This document shows, one piece after another, positions 48,449 to 59,800 of a stretch of 64,000 nt of DNA. The DNA lies in contig CAJINV010000022.1 in the NCBI GenBank assembly GCA_905178155.1, forward strand, positions 565,799 through 629,798. The letters run 5' to 3'. Both the position numbers and the translations under genes were made by a program. The notes under the pieces are model-generated. The model did no database searches. It saw nothing but the letters and a program-made list of their open reading frames with translations, and had not been told where the DNA came from. Source of the DNA: Amoebophrya sp. A120 (taxonomy: Eukaryota; Protista; Dinoflagellata). Position 1 is the stretch's first letter. Each line of letters opens with the position of its first letter.

Positions 48449-48613
48449 ACTGTGGAAGATTGTGGACGCTAATTATAAATGTGGAAGATTGATGTGGACG
48501 CTAATAAATTGGAAGACTGTGGAAGATTGTGGACGCTACTGTGAAAATAACTTATTCGCTACCTTATTCGCTAACTGTGACGTTGCGAATAACTTGTTGT
48601 AGATTGTGGAAGA
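48449..48613. repeat. Local short repeats TGTGGAAGATTGTGGACGCTA
   Basis: 3-4 imperfect copies plus repeated CTTATTCGCTA. Confidence 0.75.
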
Positions 48614-49159
48614 TCGCGAGCAAGCGTCGTACTTATAGCGGGGAGGTTCTTTCCCCCACCACTGTCATTCCGACAGGAAGTGGTTGTCGGAGGAGAAAGC
48701 AAAGCGGAACGAAGGCTCGATGAGATCATTTCTTCGATTGATACCGCCATCACCAAACTGTAGGACAAATACGCAGATCTGTCATTGTCGTTTTGCGATA
48801 AGTTTTCGCGAGATGTCAGTCAAGGGTGGACCTGCAGTGAAGATCACTGATTCAACGAATTGCTTTTGTGTGATGAGACATTTCTTTTGCAAATATAGAA
48901 TTTAACACCCCAGAAATGCCAGCCTTTTAGTTTTATGCACCTTTTTGAGGCAAAAATCGCGGTCGTCTACTACTTAGTTCATTTCTTTCTCACCTCACAT
49001 AGGTGCCAGCACCAGCTTCTTTCCTTAAATATTTTGTCCTTATTTTTCTCGTGCGATTTCACCAAGCGCAGAACAAGGTTTGTTCTGTCATCAGTACGCG
49101 CCGCGCAGCTCTACTTGCCGCAACTTCAACATCTCTAGCTGTAATATACGGATAGAATT

Positions 49160-49493
49160 ATGGTCGCCTTTTTGAAGAAAAAGATGCTCGGCTCAATGTT
49201 GGGCCCATGCATGATCTTATTCAGCGCAGGAGCCTCTCGCTTCGCGCTGGCTGCCGCGCCAGGAGCAGCACCTTCTGGAGGAGGTCATGATATTTTTGCA
49301 GTAACCGGCATCGAAGATAGAGGCGCGCTTGAGGTTGTTGGGCGCAGGAGGCCGGCGCCGGCCGCTGGCGAAGATGGTGGTCGCCCAACGAGATTTCTGC
49401 GCCGGACTGTTCCTGATCAGCATGCTAGTAGCGGGTCCAGCTTTTTATGCGACAGAAAAGTACGGACTTATGTTTACCTCTTCAACACGACTG
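49160..49493 (+). pseudogene. MVAFLKKKM.. family copy C 5' exon, interrupted by the Gypsy element
   Basis: Homologous to the copy A/B N-terminus (AGASRFALA, AGEDGG..FLR); the LTR begins at 49494. Confidence 0.6.
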
Positions 49494-50144
49494 TGTGTAT
49501 ATGATTCTTAATGGTTAAGCACGAACTGCCTCTCCACGCAATACAAATCCACTGGTTCAGAATTTTACCGATCTATTTTTCCGATCCTGTTTTACAAATG
49601 TATGATGTTCTTTCTTGGGGAAGTAGGGATCTCATTTTTATCGTATTATCAAATCTGTAATGCAAGTGGCTTTTCTGCTCGCAAATGCCCGATCAAGATG
49701 CTCTTCCGTCGGTGGTAAATCCTGTATGATTTCTAAATGGTTTTTTTTGGATCTTCGTGTATGATTCTCATGGTGTTCAGCCGGTCGCAAGCACTATGGC
49801 ATTTACCAATCGCTTTTCGTGGTCGCGCATTACAAATTCGCACTGTATAATTGTCGCTCTTTCTTTAACTCAATCGTCAAGGCGTCGGAGGGTAAAAATA
49901 GCATTACAAATCGTATTTCGTACTAAATTATAGGAGTAGAATCCGCATTACATCGTGGGGAAACATCGTTTTGGTGCATTACAAATTGGTAGGACATAAA
50001 GACCGATAGGAAACACGGAAACTAACGCACGAACATCGGGGAAAGAAATAAACTGTCGCGAAACCGCACCTGATTGCGGTCTATTTGGATTATTTGGGAT
50101 AATATTTGTGTTCTAACCTCTCCATTTTGAAACTAGATCCTTCA
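49494..50144 (+). repeat. Gypsy 5' LTR
   Basis: Direct repeat at offset 10418; right end inferred from CA followed by the PBS. Confidence 0.85.
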
Positions 50145-50146
50145 AT

Positions 50147-50164
50147 TGGTGGAGAACCTGGGCA
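50147..50164 (+). other. Primer-binding site, probably tRNA-Ala
   Basis: TGGTGGAGAACCTGGGCA is complementary to a ..TCTCCACCA 3' end typical of tRNA-Ala; repeated at 60565. Confidence 0.7.
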
Positions 50165-50407
50165 ATAATTCGACTAGCTGCTTACGATTTACGGCGTAAA
50201 ATTTGCTATACATTATTTACGGTTTGGGGATTATCGATTATCTATTTTACGAGTTTGCAATGCACTATTTACGGTTCTTGGGGTTCTATCACTACTAATT
50301 TTTATCGGGGAAGTAACTTACTGCAAGATATTTTTACTGGTTTCGCTCGGGTTACAGCTTTCTTTGCGTAAATTTAGTCGCGCTGCAATCAGATTGACAA
50401 AAATATT

Positions 50408-53400
50408 ATGTTCTTCGGCCGAACACGAAACTACGAACAACAACGACAAGAAGACACCGACTGGGATTCGCCGGCATCCTTGCCATTAATTTCGGGCTTC
50501 CGCTCTTGCAATCGCGCGGTGCAGCAGCAACCACAAGGGGACCGAACACAGCAACTACAGGAATTTTGGGAACGGGTTAAAACCATTCGCACTAAGCGCC
50601 GGGGGAAAATGGACGACGATATTCCGCATCGGGGTGCACCAACCCCGATGTCACCACTGAGCGCAGTCTCGCTAACGGAGCAAATTATGGCGGAAGTCAG
50701 TACGGCGACGGCTACGCAGCCCAGCGGAGGAAGCACAAACGCCGACCCACCGGCCGCGGCAACTATCACTACTACTCCTACTGCTACCACCAGCGGAGCA
50801 ACGGAAACGGGTGGAACAACCACTACTACTACTGGCATAGCAACTACTACCACGACTACTGGAACAACAACTACCACTACGGGAACAGCTGAGGGAGCGC
50901 GCGACGGAGGAACAACTTCAGGGGAACAGGCGAAAAGCTTCGCGACCCAGGTCATTCGGGGCCTAGTAGTAATGGTAGTCCAGCTGCTATTTTGGGTCAT
51001 TGAACTGGTGGTGACGGTCATCTTCGCCTGCGGGAAAGAAATCTGCGTTCGCACAGCAGGCCTGGCATTCAGCGGAGGAAAATGCGTGATCAACTGGGGA
51101 AAAGAAATTCGGATTAGCGCGGCGGGAATGAAAGCCGATGTTGGCCACACGAGCACAACGCCGGCCCCTGCCGTTACCCCGCCCTTAGTAACCGCCACAA
51201 GAACTTCTACGCCGCCGACTCCAGTCGCCGCCACGCCACCAACCACTACTGCTTCCGGCCAATTGGATAGTAAAAAGCTTATTTTCCTTGGGGTAGAGCC
51301 CACGTCCACCACGTCTCCCGACTCGGTCAGCGGACAGATACTTTACAAAGACTTGAAATTGGCCGGGCTTACAAAAATGCAAGTCTTCGCCCTCCGCACA
51401 CTGGTCCGCAAAGTAGTGAAGGAAAAGTTTGGCCACCGGGTCGACATGATTTTCTCGGAGGGTTCTATCATTGTGGATTGGGCTGCTATTCCGGGCGTCG
51501 ACGACAAGGCAGACAAAACGGATTATGCAAAACCACAACTACCCCGTCTTTCATTCCGGGCGAAAACGCAGAGGGAGGCTGTTTTGGAGATCATCAATTC
51601 CCGCTTTCACCTGCAGACGGTGACACAGCAAAAGCAGTCCTGGCAGACCCTCGATGCAACTGGGACGGCTTTGGCGATTCGAAACAGGATGCAGACGCAG
51701 CTTGCTATCCACCCGTCGGAAGCGTCAGAAGAGTTTTTTGGTGCTGTTCTTTCGGAATTCGTTGAGCAACTCGAAGCCGCATGGGGAATCAACGATCAAC
51801 AGCGGATTACTATCCTACAAGAAATCCTTGACGAGGTCAGCTTCGTGGCAAGAAATGCGCGAGAAGTTGGGTCGAGTTTAATCAGCTTTGTTGCTGGTTA
51901 TCAAGCTGCATTCGGAATGCTCATGTCGGAAAGGGAAAGAACGGGAAATACGTTTTTCCAGCTCACGGCTGAAGTCGGTGCCGATACCGAGCGGAAGCAG
52001 TTTGTGGAAAAACTCAAGTACCGCACTAGCCTGCCGATTTGGGCCCGGACCAAGTTAGACGACTACTTTGGGGACCGTGCTGAACCTGTCGCCGCCCAGT
52101 CTTTACAAAAAGTGCTTGACCGCTTGGCACTGTTGGCGCAGTCGGAACAGTCCAAGAGCAACGCCGACGGCACTGCAAACCCCGGCCAACCGAGTAACTT
52201 CAGCGCGACGCAAACAGCACTGCAGGAGCAACAGCAATACTTGAACCGCGCGGCAGGAGGGCGGCTGCAACCACAAGCAGGCGCGTCGCTGGGTACGGGG
52301 ATGTGCAACGGCAACCACCGCCGGATCCACCACTTCCTTTTCAATCGCCGGGTCGCTGCTGCAGAAAAACAGCTTGGTAGGGGACTGCAAGTGGGATTAT
52401 GTGGGTATTGCAAAAACCACCACAAGGTCGCCGAGCCTGGGGGCGCAATCCTTTGCCCTGATAAAATTTGTGCTGATTCAGATGCAGCTTCGGGTGGGCG
52501 CCCGAACCACCTCCGTTGTGACTTGCATTGCAAGCCCTACGAGTACCTCCCGCATATGACGGCTTATCCGGGTACCCAACAGCAAAATACTAACAGCGCC
52601 GCACCATTTCAGCATCAACAGCAGCAGAGACAGAATTTCTCACAGCAGCAGCAACAACAGCAATTTCGTCCTGGTCCGAATCCGTTCATGCAGAAACCAG
52701 CTCAACAGCAGCAGCAACAATGCTCTCGTCACCAGCAACAGCAGTCCGTCAACGTGGAACAAACTCTTTTGGGCGCAGGATGGAGTGCTGGCACCGGGGG
52801 AAGACAGCAGTCGCAATTCGGAGTGGTCCGGTCAGTCACTGCAACTTCTCTTCCGAGCAGTGAAGGAGAAAGTCCCGGGTTCATGCAAATGGATATTTGT
52901 CATGCATTTTCACAGTCCGCTCCGACAAACAGCAGTGAAAATGTGAAAGACATTTTCGCGCAGTGCGGATGGGTCCCGAAACACGACGATCAGGGGACGA
53001 GGGCAATTTACGGACTCAGGATGTGTAATGCGGGGACGCAAACCTACTGCGCATTTTCTTCGACGAATTCCGACGCGGTTTACTTAAATACTTCGGCGGA
53101 CGAGTTGGAGCGATATTTGGGTGGGGAAGAAATTTCGAAGGAACACATGTGGAGCGCCGAACCGGCCGGGTCTGTTCCGCCTCTATCTCTTGTCGCGAAA
53201 GTCAGCTTGATGTACACAAAATCCAAGGGCTACAATTTTATGGTTCGGAATTCAGGGACGGGATTTTTTGCTGCAAACCTTCCTTTCGACCTGGTGACGT
53301 CGGTCGTCGACGAGACCACGGGCACGGAGTACATTAACGAAGGAGTGCGGGCACACGCGGCGAGCTACTTCAAGAAAACGGAACCGAGCAAAGCACCCCG

Positions 53401-53830
53401 GCCCCGGGGCGTAGTTACCATTGCCGGAAAACAGTACGAAGCTATGCTTGACAGCGCGTGCTGTGTTGGCCCGTGGGATGGTGGTAACAACATGATCAGC
53501 GCGAAGCTTTTGCGGGAATTGAAGAAAAACGCGCCGCAAGTCTTACGGAACCAACAGACCGACGGGGTGGACATTGTGCAGCTGGGGGCGCGCAATCACC
53601 TCGTGCACTACGAGCGGAAACTGGTGGAAATCGAAATTGTTTTTCGCAGCGCCGATGGTACCGAGGAGAAGAAACTGTGGCTGCCTTTCGCGATCGTGGA
53701 TTGGCTTTGCGAAGGGGACGATGTAATTATCGGGCTGCAGACCTTTGAAGAACGACTTGGAGTGGTGTTTATGGGGTCGAAGGTGAAGCTGGAGAAGCTT
53801 GGAATTTGTATTCCTCGCTCTCTATCGTGA
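50408..53830 (+). CDS. gag: Gypsy Gag-protease ORF
   Basis: 1140 aa; Thr-rich tracts, hydrophobic segment, Cys/His cluster, poly-Q, C-terminal aspartic protease AMLDSA..DVIIG. Confidence 0.85.
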   Translation: MFFGRTRNYEQQRQEDTDWDSPASLPLISGFRSCNRAVQQQPQGDRTQQLQEFWERVKTIRTKRRGKMDDDIPHRGAPTPMSPLSAVSLTEQIMAEVSTATATQPSGGSTNADPPAAATITTTPTATTSGATETGGTTTTTTGIATTTTTTGTTTTTTGTAEGARDGGTTSGEQAKSFATQVIRGLVVMVVQLLFWVIELVVTVIFACGKEICVRTAGLAFSGGKCVINWGKEIRISAAGMKADVGHTSTTPAPAVTPPLVTATRTSTPPTPVAATPPTTTASGQLDSKKLIFLGVEPTSTTSPDSVSGQILYKDLKLAGLTKMQVFALRTLVRKVVKEKFGHRVDMIFSEGSIIVDWAAIPGVDDKADKTDYAKPQLPRLSFRAKTQREAVLEIINSRFHLQTVTQQKQSWQTLDATGTALAIRNRMQTQLAIHPSEASEEFFGAVLSEFVEQLEAAWGINDQQRITILQEILDEVSFVARNAREVGSSLISFVAGYQAAFGMLMSERERTGNTFFQLTAEVGADTERKQFVEKLKYRTSLPIWARTKLDDYFGDRAEPVAAQSLQKVLDRLALLAQSEQSKSNADGTANPGQPSNFSATQTALQEQQQYLNRAAGGRLQPQAGASLGTGMCNGNHRRIHHFLFNRRVAAAEKQLGRGLQVGLCGYCKNHHKVAEPGGAILCPDKICADSDAASGGRPNHLRCDLHCKPYEYLPHMTAYPGTQQQNTNSAAPFQHQQQQRQNFSQQQQQQQFRPGPNPFMQKPAQQQQQQCSRHQQQQSVNVEQTLLGAGWSAGTGGRQQSQFGVVRSVTATSLPSSEGESPGFMQMDICHAFSQSAPTNSSENVKDIFAQCGWVPKHDDQGTRAIYGLRMCNAGTQTYCAFSSTNSDAVYLNTSADELERYLGGEEISKEHMWSAEPAGSVPPLSLVAKVSLMYTKSKGYNFMVRNSGTGFFAANLPFDLVTSVVDETTGTEYINEGVRAHAASYFKKTEPSKAPRPRGVVTIAGKQYEAMLDSACCVGPWDGGNNMISAKLLRELKKNAPQVLRNQQTDGVDIVQLGARNHLVHYERKLVEIEIVFRSADGTEEKKLWLPFAIVDWLCEGDDVIIGLQTFEERLGVVFMGSKVKLEKLGICIPRSLS

Positions 53831-56800
53831 CTATCTTTTGAAGACAAAAATTTAGAAAGTTGCAAAACAGGGCTTGCAGCCGGTTTGAAGGGTTTCGCAC
53901 GGTGTACGGCCTCAAACTGCAACACAGCCGCGCGAAAATCAAAACGGAAAAACGAAGGCGAGAAACGGGTCAGATTTTTGCTACCAGGGGAAGCGATTTA
54001 CTTTGAAGTTGGGGAGTACGAAAAACAAGAACTACCGATGGAATTCAAGACCGGACTACGAAAATACCTGTATGATGAAGATAAGAACTACGAAAAGAAC
54101 TCTCCAGCAACAGTACTACAGAACAAGGTCGAAAAAGCGCTACAAATTAAAGCAAAGAATTGGGAACAAGAAGAACGAAAAACAAAGAAGACAGTCCAGA
54201 TTTCGAGCCTTCCGGATGATCGCGAGTTTATTCCGGGCGGGAGTTTTCTTCTCGATCCGACAGCAGTTGGGAACAAGCCGATCCGAAATCCAACTTTTAA
54301 TGCTGGACTATCTAACAGTGAGAACGAAAGACGCAATCTGTTATGCGGGAAACAAGATCTATGGAGCAGCTTTGAAAAGGGAATGGAAATTAACAATCAC
54401 GAACAAGCACTGACAACCAGCACTGAGGAATTAGAATTTTTTCCGCGAGAACGGGAACAAGACGGTGAAGGAATTGCTACACCGGTGACAGAAGAATTTG
54501 AAGACGAGAGTAAAGAAGTAAATTTTTCCGGGGTCCGCAATTTCGAGATGGGGGAAGACGATTTTCAGGTGGGGTTTTCCGGTTTGGGTGGACCTCCCCA
54601 TGAGGTGGACCCAAACAGCAGTACCGCCCTGGAAGGAAAATATCGAATGTGTATGATGAAAGAGGAAGAAGAACTTGACGAACGGAAAGAAGAACTTGAA
54701 GAAGAAGAAGAAGATGCTGCGCTGTCCTGTCCCGACCACCCCAGCAGCGGGAATAGTGAACTACAAAAAGAAATAAAATTGTGTACGATGCAGCAAACAG
54801 TACGAATCCCGAGCGAAGACGAAGTTTGTATCCGGGTGCATTTAGACGAAGAGAAATTTGAACGCAACAAGGTTTACAACCTTCAGGGCCGAGGGGGTGG
54901 AGCGCTTCCGGGATTTGTCATCGAGCCATCAGTGATCGTTCTGACCATGGAAACCGCCTGTATGCCAATCGTTTTACGGGTTTCGCACAGTAGCAGAACT
55001 TCAAGGAAGTTGGGGGTCGCAAGTTTTGTCGTCCGCGAACACTCCGATCGGCCTATCTCAAAGCAGGAAATTGACAGTGCAGTTTTGGGACTATCAATTT
55101 TACCACGCGGGCCGGAGCTCTCGAAAACTTTGTATTGCAATCTTGCAAGAGCTGTGGGGGACGACGGAAATTCAGAACAAGACACTACGAGCCGGGGGCG
55201 CAGTTTCAGTAAAATTCGATCAAGGTTCCACGGAGCCAAGTACAAAAACGAAGAGAACAAGTACAAAGACTTCGAGGAGGAAAAGAAACTTCTGGAAGAA
55301 GAAATTGCGGATAAGAAGTCGAAGTGGAAAGCCGGGGGCGATAAACTTTTACGAACAAGCCAGGAGTGGAAGGACAGGGTCAGAAAAGCACAGGAAGAAA
55401 AATTAGTGGATTTGCCGGAGCCGCTGCGGACACAGATGATCGAGCTGGTGGTGGAAAATGCGGAGCACTTGCATGACGATGGGGCGGAGTTTCCGCAGCT
55501 AAAAGGGATTCTCGCTCGCCACGTCATCAAACCGAACCCGCAGTGGAAAGCAATTCAGCCGTACAAAACCAACCCGCTGGACGAAATACGGACAAAATTT
55601 TTGCTGGAAGAGCATATTTTTGAAAACAAAATCCGGCCGCTCGACCTGAGTAAAGAGCAACCCCCGCCACACACCTCGCCAACACTGGTCGCAGACAGGA
55701 AAAATCATCGGACGCGCCGGCTGGTAGTGGACTACCGATTTTACAACCAACAAGTCGAGGATCAAGCCACAGTAATGCCGCGGGCAGATGATATTTTCAA
55801 AAAGTTGATCCACGGAAACCCGAAGTGGTTCGTCGTTTTGGATTTGTCGATGGGCTATAATCAGATGCTGCTAAGTCCATGCACAGCGCCTTACCTTAGT
55901 TGGTCGACGAAAAGCGGAATTTTTATTCCGGTGCGACTCCCGTTGGGTCCAAAATGGGCACCAGCACTATTCCAGTCTCATACTCAAAATGTTTTTGGGT
56001 TTCTGGAATGGTTGTCGGTGTTCATTGACGACCTGACGCACAACGCAAAGGACGACGAAGAACTGCTACAGCGGGTGGCGGAGTTGTTCAAAAGGTGCAA
56101 GGAAAGTGGGTTTTGCCTGTCTCTTCGGAAGTCAGTCTTTGGGGCGTCTAGTGTCGAAGTTTTGGGATTCGAAATCGACAGAAACGGAAGAACAGTTTGC
56201 GCGAAGAAGAGAAAAGTTTTGCAAATGTGGCCCCTTCCCACTAATTCCGAAGCTTTGAAGTCTCTGTTGTGTTTCAGCAACTACTTACGCGAATTTATTC
56301 CGAGGTTCCCGGACTTGGCTCATGTTCTCCGACCCTACTCCGAAAAGCAAAAAAGGTGGTCTGGGTTTGCACAGGACGCTGAAGCGCAAGACGCACTCGA
56401 AAAGTTGAAGCATGCCCTGGATGCACATGTTTATCTTGTGAGCATCGATGTGGAGGCAGCACGAGCTTGGAGAACGTCGGGGCGGCCAATAGAAGTTTTC
56501 ATCGACGCATCGGACATTGCGTGCTCCTTCGTCGTTACGCAGCGACCAGCACCGCACCAGAAGCCACAACCGGTCTACTTCCAGTCCAAAACCTGGAACC
56601 CGACAGAACGCAGCTGGAGTACGATGGAGAAAGAAATCTTCGCCATGCACTACTGGTGCCTGGAAGGTGCAGATGAGGTTTCTCGCTATGAATATTTGTT
56701 GTACTTCGACCACAAGAACGAAGGTCCGCATGAGATGGCATCTTTGTGGGCTAACACGCGGGTGAGCTCCAAGGTTCGCCGATGGATTTCTGAAATCATG

Positions 56801-59800
56801 GAACGGCTGGGGTCGTGTTACAGAATATTTTTGGCTGGGGAGTGGAACGTCGTTGCCGATGCACTAAGCCGAACTTGGTGGGGACAGCAAGACGCCGACG
56901 CAGAAGAAGTTGCGAACTCCGTGGGGATTCCAAAATATGTGTCCGACTTCATCGAGTTTTTGTTCGACGCCAAGAAGCCAGAAATCGGAAAACAGCATGA
57001 CAAACGGGATTTGGAAGTAGCAACAAAAGTCAGTAGTATGGTTTCCTGCCCTGTTTCACAGCTGATTTTCAACATGTTTGAAAATCCCAACCGATTACGG
57101 GGTCAATTTTTCTTGCAGTTCATGAGCCGTTTTCCGGTTTACGGGTTTCTCCAGTTGCAAAGCAAGTTTTTGCCCGCGATCAGTCACAAACACGCATTGG
57201 AAATTAAGTGCTACAGCACCGACACCAGAGGAAAGGCATGGCATATCGAGGCTAAATGCAAAGTGCAAAAATATAGCTGGAGCAACCTGGTCCGGTTACG
57301 AAAAGCGGACAACGACGACAGACAAGCCCGGTACGATGTTGCGCGCAGTTTCCGGCAGTGGTTGATGACCCTGACACCAAAAGCGGGACACGCTGAAGAA
57401 TTCCGGTGCTACACGGTGCTACCAGATGTTTTTTCGGAATACCGAGGTGACTACGAAATGGATTCGATTAGCAGGACGATTTTGAACTACAATCCGAGTA
57501 CCATGGCGATTCAGTGGCCAGAAGTAGTCTGTCCAAATCCGGTGAAATTAGACACGCTTGCAGTTGGGGGCGAGAGTCACTCCTTCCTCGACGGAGTATA
57601 CAAGTGTAACTGCAAGACGCCTCTAATTCCAGCGCTACTACAAGCTGCGGAACAAGATCAGGACTTTGAAAACCACGAACCACGACCGGACAACAGTGGA
57701 GAAGAATTTGCAGGGGAAGAAGAAGAGTTTTTATTTGCAGCGGACGACGAGGAGTTTTTCCCAGACCCACTCGAAGAACTTTTTGGAGAACCAGCTGAAC
57801 CGGTACAACATGCAGTGCTGGTCGCTGAAGATCCCGCTCGACAAGAGAACGAGATGGAGCTTGAAGCTTCCGATGGCGAACCAGTGGAAGATGAGGAAGA
57901 CGATCTACTACAGGACGCACCGCAAGCAGTACCGGTGGCACACAAAAGTCAACAACAGCAGAAAGCAAAAGCGGGAGAGCAAATACGAAAATTTGCTTGG
58001 GTCGTGTTGAAAGGAGAAGAACCAAAATTGGAACAGTTCGATGCGGGAAAACTTTACAGCGAAATTTGGCACGACGAAAGGAAAACGGGCAAGGCACAGC
58101 ACCTAAAGTGGGTCGCTGCTACTGGGGTCGATCTTCTTGGGGGTGCCGACTTGGTTTGGGATGCTTCCTGGGGTACGCTAAGAGTAGTCCTATTTTTTCG
58201 GGCTAAAGCGAAGAACACCTTTCGCATCCTTTTCGGCCGACCAATCGAAATTTTAGTTGAGGTTGCAGGCAGCTCCGCACAACTTCCCGAAGATATTCGC
58301 AGCAACAGTAAGTACCTGGGGGCGCTGCTGATTGGGAAGAAAAGACTTTTCCAGGAAATAGCAACGGTGGAAATTAGTGTTGCAAGATTGGAACTCGCCC
58401 GGGAACAACGAGGAGATGAACACTACGGGCCAATCTGTCATGCGGTTTCAGCAAAAGACGAGCATGAGGATGATGGGGATTTGGAGTGGTTTGATATTCT
58501 CCTTCGAGAGATGAAGCTACCGCGGAAAGAAGCAAAGAAACTAGCACGCAGACTCCGCATGGGAGATTTCCGATTTGATGATGATGGAGTTTTGGTGCAG
58601 AATGTAGAGGGGGTTTGGTGTACTTGTGTTCCAACTACATTTCAGCTGCATCTACTTCAGGAATCGCATGACAAACACCATGGAACAGTTAGTGCTACTC
58701 TTTCTCGGCTCCGTAATGAAAATCTTTGGTGGGTGGGGATTGAAGCGATGGCGGAAGAGTATTGCGATGTGCGATGCTTAGTATGTGGAATCGAACGGGC
58801 AAAGCAAAGGACCGACGCTTTTTATTTTGCCGACCGGGTTACGCACTTCGGTGAGATTTTCTTCATCGACCACCACGGACCCTACGAACAAAGCCGGCTT
58901 GGAAATAAATACTTGCTGACAGTAGTCGACGCAGCGACGGGCTATGGGTGGATATTTCCGGTTGCCAACACTAGTCTACCTCTTGTTGTTGCGCATTTGA
59001 AAACAGTTTTTCACGACCAGGGGCACTGTACTGCCATTCGCTGCGATAACGGATTTGGAACTCAGAAGGGAGTACTGGGAAAATTTCTGAAGTCGAAGAA
59101 GATTAAGTTTCGACCTGGGTCACGCGAAAATCCACGGGGACAGTGGCCAATCGAATTTCCGCACAAAGATATGAGATGCTTCATCGCTACGAAAATGCGT
59201 TTCATGTCGAAAAAGAATACTTGGGATTTGTATGCTTCGGAACTTCAATGGTTTTGGCGAACTCTTGAACGACCAGCATGGGGAAACAAAAGCGCCCACG
59301 AATTCCGATTCAACGAAAAGCCACGCATGGAGCTGAGTACGGTAGCGAAACGGGTAGAGGAAATTTTTGACGACAACGAGGATGGCCTCGACGTTCTGGA
59401 TTTTAAGACCCGCCAGAAAAACGAAGTTCTTCTACGCCACCGATACCGCCGGGAAAACACTTTTACGCAGAACGACGAGCGGGTCGCGTTGAACAACAAC
59501 ACGCTCTTCCGCGTTGGGGATATCGTCTACTATCACAATATCCGGGCTGAGATTCGGAGGAAGGATATTTTGAGTGGGCTGAACCATGCTGCTTTGTTTA
59601 TGATCAAGCAGGTCATATCTCCTACCACGATGTACTTAGTAGACTGGCGGGACAGCATCGAGCAAATTTCTTTCGTGCAGCCTGTGCACCGAAAAAATTT
59701 GTCATCGACTGGTCTTCGCGTCGAGAACTTCGTCGTGGATTTGAATCGGCAGCACTACTGTGAAGCCGAAAAGTGCAATTATTTTGTCGTGCATTATGAC

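Noticed and set aside
49494-51172. A 1.7-kb LTR containing the gag start
   Set aside because: CA followed by a tRNA PBS at 50143-50164 marks a 651-bp LTR; the extra identity is better explained by a second copy.
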